DNA of 50,456 nt from a virus (Duplodnaviria; Caudoviricetes): positions 1 through 50,456 of IMG/VR virus record IMGVR_UViG_3300027985_000306, one strand, 5' to 3'. The position numbers were made by a program, and so were the translations under genes. Positions 10,002-19,383 of this stretch are shown piece after piece; position 1 is the first letter of the stretch; each line of letters begins with the position of its first letter. The notes below the pieces were generated by a model. That model did no database searches and was not told the origin of the DNA. It saw only the letters and a program-made list of their open reading frames with translations.

Positions 10002-11477
10002 ATGCCTGATCCTCCTGCCTTTCCTCGTCTGAGCATTTACAACTCGCTCAAGCAAGATGCTTTGGATTTGCCAGCACCAACTCTGACAGATCTAAATGCT
10101 GAACTGCGTAGAAGTGCCGACGTTTATTACCCTGGCCCAGATGGTCTAGTTCAGGCTGTATCTCCTGCAGGGACAACTGAGCGGCTTCCTATTGCTAGTG
10201 CAGTTCCTGTGCCTGTTTCTGATGTTAACCTCAGCCAACGGGTACCAGTAGAGCCTACGGTGTCTCCTACTCCGCGCACAGGTTTCTTTACACAGCTACG
10301 TCCAGGCAGTTCTGGCATTAGCAGATTTTTCTCTAATACCGCAGTCCAGGAAGGGTTAGGCCAGTTCGCCCTAGCATTCAGCGGTAACAGAGAAGGTTCT
10401 GCAGGAACTGTGCTTGGTCGTGCAGCTATAGGTATGGCTCAACGTTCTGCTGAGAATTCCTATATGCGTCGATTGTTGGCTGGAGAAGACCCGGCTAAGA
10501 TCTCTGGTCCGGATGTAGCTGCTCTAACTCCTGAGGGTCGGCAACGCGCTATGGGCGTGGCATTGCAGCAGCGAGAGGATGCTAGACGTGAGCGAGATAT
10601 CACATTGAAAGAACAACAAGAGAAGAGGATCGCTTCACAGGAAGGCTATAGACTTCTCTTGGCTACAGAGCAGACTCTTAACGACACTACACGTCTCCGT
10701 ATCCAGCAGTGGAAGACTAAATTTGACGCTTATCTGGATGTCAAGCAGTATAACTTCGCTGTAAGCAAAGAAGAGTTTGCTCAAACCAGAGCCTTGATTG
10801 CGGAGGATCTACAACAGGATATCTTTGATCTTCGAGAGAAGGTTGCAGAAGCTAGCATGGAGGTAGATCGTGAGCGAGCTAAGTTGATGCGTCGTACAGA
10901 TCCAAACCTTAGATCTGGAACCAATGCAGAAGGCCAAGAGGCTATGAACCTTCTGCGAACTCAAAGTATTCTCGAAGGAGCACGCGAGAGCTACGAGGAG
11001 CAGCGTGCCTTGATTAGAGAGGCCGAGGCCCAAGTCACTATGCTTAAGAATGCAGCAGGCTGGAGCGTGAACCAAGCAGAACAGAACGCTATTGATGCTG
11101 CACAGACGATAGTCGATACGCTAACTGGGCAGCTTCCTCAAGTAGAAGAAGAGATAAAAGCTGCTCGTAAGAAGTATCGAGAAGCTCTGGGTCTGACTAA
11201 TGGCTCGCCCTCTTCTACTACGGAAGAAGAAACTGGTGGGGATACTGGCGAGGCTGCACCAGACAGTGCGCGAACCAAGACTCAGCCGACTGCTGCGGCT
11301 GATACTCTAACAACTGCACAGACTAGTGCGTTGAATGACGTTTCTAGACTAGTCACCGCACCAAATTCTACTGCTGACCAGCTTACAGCTGCATATGCTA
11401 AAGCTAAGAATGCAGGAGTCAAGTTCACGCCTGAACAGGCGGCTGCTATTGAAGCGAAAATCCGAGAGAAACTCTAA
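10002..11477 (+). CDS. Internal virion / ejection protein (coiled-coil)
   Basis: ATG at 10002 preferred over the upstream GTG; helical Q/E/R-rich protein in the ejection module. Confidence 0.55.
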   Translation: MPDPPAFPRLSIYNSLKQDALDLPAPTLTDLNAELRRSADVYYPGPDGLVQAVSPAGTTERLPIASAVPVPVSDVNLSQRVPVEPTVSPTPRTGFFTQLRPGSSGISRFFSNTAVQEGLGQFALAFSGNREGSAGTVLGRAAIGMAQRSAENSYMRRLLAGEDPAKISGPDVAALTPEGRQRAMGVALQQREDARRERDITLKEQQEKRIASQEGYRLLLATEQTLNDTTRLRIQQWKTKFDAYLDVKQYNFAVSKEEFAQTRALIAEDLQQDIFDLREKVAEASMEVDRERAKLMRRTDPNLRSGTNAEGQEAMNLLRTQSILEGARESYEEQRALIREAEAQVTMLKNAAGWSVNQAEQNAIDAAQTIVDTLTGQLPQVEEEIKAARKKYREALGLTNGSPSSTTEEETGGDTGEAAPDSARTKTQPTAAADTLTTAQTSALNDVSRLVTAPNSTADQLTAAYAKAKNAGVKFTPEQAAAIEAKIREKL

Positions 11478-14400
11478 TGGCCTACCCGATGCCTCAGGAC
11501 CCTATGCGCTCTCTAGACGAAGCGCTTGGGTTGTCCACTCCTCAAGACTCTCTCAATCAAGCTCTAGGCTTAACTCCTCAAGAAGCGCAGGGACCAGTAA
11601 CAGGTTCTCCAAGTACGCTTGATGAAATCCAGCAGTTCGCTACATCTGTTATCAAAGGCATTGGCGAATTTCCTGGAGGGGCTGTCGAGGGCACAGGTAT
11701 TCTTGTTGATAAGCTGACGAAGTTTATCATTGAGAATACTGGTGGAAAGGTACGCGATCCAGGTAACACGTTTGGCAATAACATTGCTGAGCTTGGTAGA
11801 GACATTACGGATACTATCTCCAGTTGGCTTCCAGAGGATGATCCTAGACAAGCTGGTGACATTGGCGATATGGTAGGCAACGCCCTTGGCCAGGTCGTTC
11901 CTCTAATGCTTGGAGGTACTGTTGCTAAGGCCTTTGGTGCTAGCCAAAAAGGTATCAATATCACAATGGCAGCCGCTACAGGTTTGACTATGGCGGCTGA
12001 CGGTTACACTCAGGCTTTAGCTAAGGGCGCAGATGAGGGTGAGGCTTGGGATAGATTCCTAGCTGGTATTGTGATCGGCGCTACGGAAGCTGCTCCTCTT
12101 GGACATCTTATTAGTCGATTGGACAAAGGTACTGGAGGTGCTATAAAGCGTGCCTTAGTTGAAGCAGCCGTACAAGGTAGTGAAGAACTTATCCAGGAGT
12201 TCGCTCAGACAGTAATGGAGAATGCTGCGGACATTTGGATCTTGGGAGAAGACAAAGACTTTCTGGAGGGTTCAGGGACTGCGGCTCAAGTAGGAGGCAC
12301 AGCGGGAGCGATTCTTGGTGCAGCTACGCAAGCTCTGCTCGGGCGTAAGATGCGTAAGGCACAGATTAGAAGTGATGAGAATGTAGCTAACATTCGAGCC
12401 CAACAGGAACTTGCTTCTCAAGAAACCTTAGCCCGTCCAACGAACATTGAGGCCGGAGCAACAGAGCGATTCGATGATAGAGGCACTGTCAATACTATAG
12501 AGCCTGGAACTGGGCCAGATTCAGGCAACATTATCGACTCGTCGGAGACTTTGTACTACCAAGCAAGTCCAAACGAGATTGGAGGTATCATAAAGGCTGG
12601 TCTTGAGAATGGCACAGAGGTAGGCTTTGATACTAGATCCAAAGTGTTTAGTGGTCCAAATCCTATTCTCATCTTTGATCAAAACTCTGCTAATACAGAG
12701 AATGTCGAAGACGGTGAGGGCATTGTATCGTCTGGACGGCCTAAGCCTACTGGTATCCTATTAGATCTTTCTCAGCAAGAGTACAGCATATCAGACCAAC
12801 AATACTTCGGTGCTTGGAATGCTCTGGTCCAGCAAGCGTCTAGTCATGGTGTAGACTCTGACACCGTGATGAAGGCTAGGCAGAATCCCAAGGGTCCAGA
12901 GTTCCAAAACCTTCCTCCAGACCTTCAACAAGCGGTATTGGAGTTCATCCCTTTGCAGGAACAGTGGAGTTCTCAGAGGGATAGCGACCAAACTTTTCCT
13001 GCGAATAAAGAAGAAGTAGTAGCGCAATATGAGAAGTTCGGATTGCCGGTGTATGAGATTGCTACAGATGAAGATGGCAATGTTTCCCTTGTCGGATCTC
13101 TATACACTCCATCGAGAGAGGCTAGCAACTCCCCAATCCAAAGACCTGCGCCGAGAACTATTGACGAGGCAGCCCAAACGATTGAGGAAGCAGGAATAAG
13201 TCTAGAAGAAGGCTTTGAGCGTTCGGTGTCTCAACAGACTTCTTCTACGGACGGCCTTACAACATACGGTCTTTCATACACAGCCTCTTCAGTAATAGAG
13301 AATCGCTTTGGTTTTAATGAGTATACAAAGCCAGAGAAGCGCAAGTGGAATGCTGCGTTTAAAGAAGCTGTGACCCGCTTTGGTGTTAGTCTGGACTACA
13401 TGGAAAGTCTAGCCAAACAGGTCAACGAAAATCCTCAGCCTATTAGTGATATAGAACATGCAGGGATGGTGCTTAAGCTGGCTCAGCTACACGCAGAGTT
13501 TGAAGCACAACAGCTTGCTACAGAGCAAGCCATAGAACGAGGTGATCTCGCAGCTGCTCAGCTGACTCAAGCTACTCGTGATGATATTCGAGAGCGCATT
13601 GATCGCCTCGTATACGCTAGTCGTCGGGCTGGTAGCGAAGCAGGTCGAGCACTTAATATTCGTAAGGCTACTCTTAATACACTAAAGTTCGATTTCGCTA
13701 CAATCGAGCGTTTGGCTAGAATTGCCAAGACTGCACCACTTACGGAGTCTGAACTGTCAGAACTACGTGGCCATGCAGAAGCTATCCGTGCAGCCGAGGC
13801 TGAGGTGGCTAGACTCGAAAAGCTGGAACAGGAGAAGACTGATACGGAACTTGAAGCGGGAGCGCAGCAGACTCTTGAGATAGAGAAAGAAGCTGCTACT
13901 AAGTTCCAAGGTAAGATCGAAGATGTTATCAAAGAGCGGGCTAAGTTGATCAATGCTCTCAAAGGTCTTGGTAATCAAGCAAACGACATCACAGGTCTTA
14001 GTGCTCGCGGGGTGTGGGTTCTGGGTCGTCTGGCTATCAGTTATGTCCATGAAGGAGTTACTACACTAGAAGAGGTATATAGACGAACCCGCATCGACAC
14101 ACAAGGCTTCCCTGGCATCGTGGACCTAACACCTCGTGATGTATACGAGGCTATGAACTCGCAGAATCCAGATGCGAAGAAGCGTACGCTGTCAGAGACT
14201 ACTAAGATCGTTCGTCAGCTTCAGACAGAAGCTAGATTGATTACAGAAGTAGAAGACGCCCTCAACGGATATTTCAAAGATCCAGTTGCGCGTCCTCCTT
14301 CTCCAGAGCGTATTCAGGAGTTGCAGAAGATTCTCAGAGAACTTCGACAAAATAGCTATGAGGCCAGACAACGCCGACATGATAAATCTTTAGACACTGC

Positions 14401-16528
14401 CCATAAGAAGATTGTTGAACTACAGCAGATTCTCGGGACAGGTTATCCGTTGCCTCAAGATCTAGCTCGGGCTCATGAGCTCCTTAGGGATCTCAGGGAT
14501 CTGAAGAGTACTAGAAAAACCATTGCTGCTAAAGGCAAGATTGATAGAACGAAGCAGACCAAGCGGCAGCGTATAGCTGAACTTGATCAAGCTAAGGAAG
14601 AGCTTAAGGATATTCGGAAGCAGCTACGGAAGGACAAATCCTTCGCGGAAGCTAAGAAGAAGATCGATAAGCTACAGAAGCTTTTGAACACCAATGAGCC
14701 AACTCCTCAGACTCTTGACGAAGCGCAGGATCTTCTCCAAGATTTGAAGGATCTCAAGAAGGTTAGAAGTGGGGATGAGAAGACTAATGTTGGCAGTCTC
14801 GAATGGTACCAACAGCAGTTGGATTCTGGAAATCCTCAGATGCCTCCATCGAAGCCAACTCCGCGTGCCAGGATCAAGGCACTTGATGATGCTCGCAATA
14901 CCTTAGCTAGAATGAAAGCTGAGGTTGAACAGCTCATTGAGCAGAAGAAGCCCTTCACTATGAAGAGCCTAATGGACCTTGGGCTTAGTCGGAAGGAGGC
15001 TATCTTTGGAACGACTCGACAAACTGTTGTAGACGGAGAAACTAAAGAAGAATACATTCCAGGAGCAATCGCTCGTCAGCTTCCTCATTATAAGAGACTC
15101 CCCATCACGTTGATGGCTTCGATTGACTGGTCAGGGATTCTACGTCAAGGTTTGCTTCTCAACGCTCGGGCTGTTACTAATACTAGTAGACGAAACACGA
15201 CCAAGGCTGCGCTCGTTGGAGCTGCTAAGGCATGGGGTAGTAAGCATAGCGCTCGCGGGCTTGATATTATGATACAGAACGATCCTATGCATGAGATTCG
15301 TCTCAAGCATAAATTGTTCATATCACCCTTTGAAGGAACTTTCACTGGCAAAGAGGAACTGTTCGCTAATAGACTTGTCCAGAGCATGGCTGGGGAGAGA
15401 AGTAATCCAGCTTTCAGAAAGTGGGCTCAGTGGATTATGTCTAGTGAACGGCATATGAGCACGCACCTTAACCTTCTGCGTGTTGGGGTGTTCGATCAGT
15501 TTTATAGAGAAAATCCTGTGTCGTCCTTCAGATCGGCAGAAGAGCATCAGAAAGCTATGGATGCTTATGCTGATTATATCAACAAAGCTACCGGGCGTGG
15601 TGTTCTCAAAGGGGGTATAGGGGCAGCCTTGTCGGAGGTATACTTCGCTCCGAAATTTGCTGTCTCTCGCTTTCAGGCTCCTCTGACTCTCTTTAAGTAT
15701 TGGAAGATGCCTCAAGTCCGTAGACAGATCGCAGCAGATCTAGCATCTATGTTAACGACTAATGTCGTGATGATGATGCTGGCCCAGCTTTCTGGTGCGG
15801 CTTTTGTAGGTCTTGATCCGAGAGATAGCGACTTTGGCAAGATGGTCTTTGGGAACACTAGGATTGATCCTTGGGGCGGCTTCATTCAACCGGCCCGTCT
15901 AATCGGAGCCATAGGTATGGGCTATCTTGAGCGGCAGGATTTGATAGGTAAACATTTGCCTGACAACATGAAAGTGTTCGGCGGGATTAATAGTATCTAT
16001 GATCTGGTAGCCAACTTTTCTCACTACAAACTTGCTCCGCACATTACTATTGCAGCCGACCTAATCCAAGGTAAGAACGTTGTTGGTGAGGAGGTTGGAC
16101 CTATTGATGTAGCAGCTGGATCTGTAGTCACACTCTTCTTGCAAGAGCTATACAGCACATTCAAGGTCCAAGGGCTAGTTACGGCGCTCGGATCATCTGT
16201 GCCAGCATGGCTAGGCATGGGTGTATCATCGTATGGTGATGCGTTGAAGCGTGGAGATACTAAGCAGATTCTACGCAACGCGGGCTTTAGACCAAGAACT
16301 CCTACGTATCCTGATTGGGTAAATCAGGATGAGGACTTCAAGAAGGAGCTAGACGAAGCGTTTGCTGCTCAGTTTTGGGCTAGGACTATGGTATACGAAC
16401 CTCAGTTCGAGCATCACCCGCCAGAGAGACAGCGAGAATGGTTAGAGGCCATTGCTGCTCAAGCACGTTGTGATGTGTTGGCTCAGATCGGAGAGCGTTG
16501 TGGTAAGCCTCCAAAGCTCCCTTACTAG
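11477..16528 (+). CDS. Large internal virion / polyvalent ejection protein (1683 aa)
   Basis: Last gene of the virion module. Contains an EGSEELIQE-type motif, coiled coils and C-terminal hydrophobic segments typical of large injected proteins. Confidence 0.7.
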   Translation: MAYPMPQDPMRSLDEALGLSTPQDSLNQALGLTPQEAQGPVTGSPSTLDEIQQFATSVIKGIGEFPGGAVEGTGILVDKLTKFIIENTGGKVRDPGNTFGNNIAELGRDITDTISSWLPEDDPRQAGDIGDMVGNALGQVVPLMLGGTVAKAFGASQKGINITMAAATGLTMAADGYTQALAKGADEGEAWDRFLAGIVIGATEAAPLGHLISRLDKGTGGAIKRALVEAAVQGSEELIQEFAQTVMENAADIWILGEDKDFLEGSGTAAQVGGTAGAILGAATQALLGRKMRKAQIRSDENVANIRAQQELASQETLARPTNIEAGATERFDDRGTVNTIEPGTGPDSGNIIDSSETLYYQASPNEIGGIIKAGLENGTEVGFDTRSKVFSGPNPILIFDQNSANTENVEDGEGIVSSGRPKPTGILLDLSQQEYSISDQQYFGAWNALVQQASSHGVDSDTVMKARQNPKGPEFQNLPPDLQQAVLEFIPLQEQWSSQRDSDQTFPANKEEVVAQYEKFGLPVYEIATDEDGNVSLVGSLYTPSREASNSPIQRPAPRTIDEAAQTIEEAGISLEEGFERSVSQQTSSTDGLTTYGLSYTASSVIENRFGFNEYTKPEKRKWNAAFKEAVTRFGVSLDYMESLAKQVNENPQPISDIEHAGMVLKLAQLHAEFEAQQLATEQAIERGDLAAAQLTQATRDDIRERIDRLVYASRRAGSEAGRALNIRKATLNTLKFDFATIERLARIAKTAPLTESELSELRGHAEAIRAAEAEVARLEKLEQEKTDTELEAGAQQTLEIEKEAATKFQGKIEDVIKERAKLINALKGLGNQANDITGLSARGVWVLGRLAISYVHEGVTTLEEVYRRTRIDTQGFPGIVDLTPRDVYEAMNSQNPDAKKRTLSETTKIVRQLQTEARLITEVEDALNGYFKDPVARPPSPERIQELQKILRELRQNSYEARQRRHDKSLDTAHKKIVELQQILGTGYPLPQDLARAHELLRDLRDLKSTRKTIAAKGKIDRTKQTKRQRIAELDQAKEELKDIRKQLRKDKSFAEAKKKIDKLQKLLNTNEPTPQTLDEAQDLLQDLKDLKKVRSGDEKTNVGSLEWYQQQLDSGNPQMPPSKPTPRARIKALDDARNTLARMKAEVEQLIEQKKPFTMKSLMDLGLSRKEAIFGTTRQTVVDGETKEEYIPGAIARQLPHYKRLPITLMASIDWSGILRQGLLLNARAVTNTSRRNTTKAALVGAAKAWGSKHSARGLDIMIQNDPMHEIRLKHKLFISPFEGTFTGKEELFANRLVQSMAGERSNPAFRKWAQWIMSSERHMSTHLNLLRVGVFDQFYRENPVSSFRSAEEHQKAMDAYADYINKATGRGVLKGGIGAALSEVYFAPKFAVSRFQAPLTLFKYWKMPQVRRQIAADLASMLTTNVVMMMLAQLSGAAFVGLDPRDSDFGKMVFGNTRIDPWGGFIQPARLIGAIGMGYLERQDLIGKHLPDNMKVFGGINSIYDLVANFSHYKLAPHITIAADLIQGKNVVGEEVGPIDVAAGSVVTLFLQELYSTFKVQGLVTALGSSVPAWLGMGVSSYGDALKRGDTKQILRNAGFRPRTPTYPDWVNQDEDFKKELDEAFAAQFWARTMVYEPQFEHHPPERQREWLEAIAAQARCDVLAQIGERCGKPPKLPY

Positions 16529-17043
16529 AGTGGCAACGACTCAATGTTTGCGAGTGAACGCTGATCCCATCTGCGTCCTGGCGCGCCTACATCTACGTGA
16601 GTGAACGTGTCATATCTGCCAATTCCACCTACGTGTAAGCTCTCAGCGTACTCCGCTACTTGCTCGGGATCGACACCTCTCACCTGAATATCAGCAGCCA
16701 TGCCGCGAACATGGTAGCTATTCTTAGAACTGTTTCTTGTGGCGTCGTTGTGTTCTGGGCTTCGATACCAACTTCGAATGATTACAGGCTTGTTGAAGTG
16801 TTCTCGAATCTCCTGCAGCAAGAACACTAGAGGTCTAGAGATCAAGACTAGATCTGAGCCGTCTCTGCTTGCAGCTTCGATCAGTCTAAAGTTCTCAGAT
16901 AGCTTAAAAGCTGGCCCTTCAATGCTGAGTCGATAGGCGCGGACTGTGTACTCGGAGTAATATCGGCGTGACATTGGTCTGATGGTTTTGGTTAGAGGAA
17001 CGATTGGCCCTTCTGGGCCGAACCTGCCAGTTCGCGTGTTCAT
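16525..17043 (-). CDS. Peptidase M15A (D-Ala-D-Ala carboxypeptidase-like), probable endolysin
   Basis: LSENF, S.YRSPEHN, SYH..G.AADI and FTHVD Zn-binding motifs. Confidence 0.9.
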   Translation of the reverse strand: MNTRTGRFGPEGPIVPLTKTIRPMSRRYYSEYTVRAYRLSIEGPAFKLSENFRLIEAASRDGSDLVLISRPLVFLLQEIREHFNKPVIIRSWYRSPEHNDATRNSSKNSYHVRGMAADIQVRGVDPEQVAEYAESLHVGGIGRYDTFTHVDVGAPGRRWDQRSLANIESLPL

Positions 17044-17396
17044 GATCGAAACCCGTTAAGGGAGTCCCATTCCCAATGAGGTTTTTCATCCATAGTAGTT
17101 CCTCTATATCTGGCTCCGTGTATCCAGAGACCAGTTGGAATACCAGGGATTCCTAGGCTAAAGTGTTGGTAAGAGTGCGCGACGTTCTGTGGCTCTTCGG
17201 CTAAATGCTTTTTCATAGCATCCAGAGATTTAGTGGCCCAAGCCATCTGCCAGACTCCTCCTTCTTGGAGAAGGATCTCGTACCCGTACCACATCTCTAT
17301 TAACCCGTCCATCTCCCTTCGATGGAGTTCAGCTTCAATAGCTTCGTTTATCATGTTCTCGAGAGCTTCTACAGCTTCTCGTTTTATCTTGCTCAT
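17040..17396 (-). CDS. Hypothetical protein
   Basis: Start MSKIKR at 17396 overlaps the upstream stop; tightly packed operon. Confidence 0.55.
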   Translation of the reverse strand: MSKIKREAVEALENMINEAIEAELHRREMDGLIEMWYGYEILLQEGGVWQMAWATKSLDAMKKHLAEEPQNVAHSYQHFSLGIPGIPTGLWIHGARYRGTTMDEKPHWEWDSLNGFRS

Positions 17397-17629
17397 TAGA
17401 TTACCTCTCTGTCTTCGTCTTCCATCTCCAGCCAACGCTGCAGAGCGTCGATAGCGCCGATGACAGCCTTTCTCTTAGACTCACCGGGCTTTTCTCCTGC
17501 TCTTAGTAGCTTCTTGACTGCCTGGAAGAGTGGTGCTTCGAGATTGCCATAGACACGATCTATCCTGTAAGGATCGAGTTTAGCTCCTCGAAAGGTCTTG
17601 TTGTAATGTTGTGGAGTAGGATCGTCCAT
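17396..17629 (-). CDS. DUF3310-like protein (T7 gp1.7 nucleotide kinase-like)
   Basis: P.HY ... AVKKLLRAGEK ... A...L.R pattern. Confidence 0.6.
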   Translation of the reverse strand: MDDPTPQHYNKTFRGAKLDPYRIDRVYGNLEAPLFQAVKKLLRAGEKPGESKRKAVIGAIDALQRWLEMEDEDREVI

Positions 17630-17635
17630 CTTCGT

Positions 17636-18163
17636 TCAACCCTCGGACATAGGAGGACCAGGACGGAGAGCTTCCTCTTCCTTCTCACGGTCTCGGTTCA
17701 GTGCGTGAAAGGTGTTCCAGCCTTCAGGATACCGAGCCTCCAGCTTCCTGGAATTAGCTTCCTCAGCCGCCGAGACATCAAGACCCATCCCCTGCATGGC
17801 GCATTCAGCGAACCAAAGCACATCTCCAATCTCTTCGATTACAGAGCTGTTCAGCTGAGACTCTCCATAAGCGAAGGGATCTTCGAGATACTCCCGAAGA
17901 ATCTCCGCCAGTTCTCCAGCCTCGTCCATGATACCTAGCATACCATGCACGGTATCGCGTACTGGCCAGATACCTTGTCTTTGAACTCCCTGTGCTGGAC
18001 GTCCTGGGATGTCGTAGAACAACCGCTTCTTGATCTCCTTGATCTTCAGCGCTGCTATCTGCAACTCATATAGTGCAGAGTAGATTTCGTTCTTGGGAAT
18101 GGCTAGGTAGTTGAACTCTGTACTCTTGGTTCGAGATACAGTGTCACTGACTTGGTGTTTCAT
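17636..18163 (-). CDS. MazG-like nucleoside triphosphate pyrophosphohydrolase
   Basis: GIMDEAGELAE, EEIGDVLWF and N..KL..RYP motifs. Confidence 0.85.
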   Translation of the reverse strand: MKHQVSDTVSRTKSTEFNYLAIPKNEIYSALYELQIAALKIKEIKKRLFYDIPGRPAQGVQRQGIWPVRDTVHGMLGIMDEAGELAEILREYLEDPFAYGESQLNSSVIEEIGDVLWFAECAMQGMGLDVSAAEEANSRKLEARYPEGWNTFHALNRDREKEEEALRPGPPMSEG

Positions 18164-19383
18164 TGTAGTTTCTTCAATAAAGGGTTATTAGGAATGACTT
18201 CGACGACTGTTGTTCTACCAGTGACTAACCTCCTAGCAAACTGAAGTTGCACCATCGAATCAACAGCAGACTCGAGAGCCTTGACTGTTCCGAGATCACC
18301 GTAAAAGGCTCTAAAGATTTCATCGTATGTAGCTCTCATGTTTGGCCGAAGTACTAGCCAAGCACATATCTCGTATACAACAGGAGCTATCTGTGAGCTG
18401 CCTCGACCCATAAACGTACGAGGCATTTTAACCTCGGTTCGTTCCAGAAGGTCTATTGCTCTAAGCAATATCTCCTTTGAAATCTTCAGAGTACCATCGT
18501 CGGTTCTACAATCTTCGCTGACTGACAGGATCATACACAACTTCAAGATATGAGTCGCTCGTCGGCTGTTATATCCCGCGAAGTTGGGATCGCTGAACGG
18601 AGGAAACTTATCTTGATTCGTGTACCACTTCACCCACTCGTCTACGAACTCCTCTGTCACTAAGAACATCCCGTTCGTCGTGTAGATGTCCTCCAGATCT
18701 GCTAGTAGATCCTTCTTCAATTGCTCATCAGTGACACTTAGGAATGGGGCAGGCACTAACTTTCCCTTATCTTCCTCAAAGACGAAGATGATTCGGCTAG
18801 CGAGCCCTCCTCCGATAGCGTCTTGGGGTAGAGCATTCTGTATCAAGTGTGGTGTTGTGGCTCCGATAAGATTCACCCACACGCCTACTATCTCATCCGT
18901 TCCCATGTTCTTGGTTCGATAAGTCCAGTTGTCTCGACAGTCGAACCAATCTGTTAGGTCTGCGATAAGCTGCTTATTGTCATAGCCGAGAAACACTGTT
19001 AGTTCCTGGCTATATATCGTAAGCGATGCGTGAGTTATAATCTTGCCGTCACTGCGTTGTAGGTACTCCGTGCTGTTTTTCAGTTCTCGTATAAGCGCCT
19101 CTCTTGTTATTGCCTCGGCTGCAAGTTTGATGCCGAGTTCCCTCAGGAAGCCCGCTCCAGTACCCATAGCAGTACCTTTGCGACACTTGCCTGAGGGACC
19201 TACTAGCACAATGTACATGTTAGGATAGAACACGCCAGCGGTGCCCCACCTAAGATAGCACTTTCGTTGCAGCGCAGCGGCGATTAGAGCTACAGCTACC
19301 CACTCACGATATAAGAGAGGAGGTTCACTGTGGTCTGTGTACTTAAGGTAGCTTGTGATCCAATCATCGACGCGTCTACTCAT
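18160..19383 (-). CDS. DUF3987-like P-loop NTPase (putative replicative helicase)
   Basis: YPNMYIVLVGPSGKCRKGTA Walker A variant, T.EALI, ELTVFL, GGGLASRIIFV; adjacent to the polymerase module. Confidence 0.75.
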   Translation of the reverse strand: MSRRVDDWITSYLKYTDHSEPPLLYREWVAVALIAAALQRKCYLRWGTAGVFYPNMYIVLVGPSGKCRKGTAMGTGAGFLRELGIKLAAEAITREALIRELKNSTEYLQRSDGKIITHASLTIYSQELTVFLGYDNKQLIADLTDWFDCRDNWTYRTKNMGTDEIVGVWVNLIGATTPHLIQNALPQDAIGGGLASRIIFVFEEDKGKLVPAPFLSVTDEQLKKDLLADLEDIYTTNGMFLVTEEFVDEWVKWYTNQDKFPPFSDPNFAGYNSRRATHILKLCMILSVSEDCRTDDGTLKISKEILLRAIDLLERTEVKMPRTFMGRGSSQIAPVVYEICAWLVLRPNMRATYDEIFRAFYGDLGTVKALESAVDSMVQLQFARRLVTGRTTVVEVIPNNPLLKKLQ

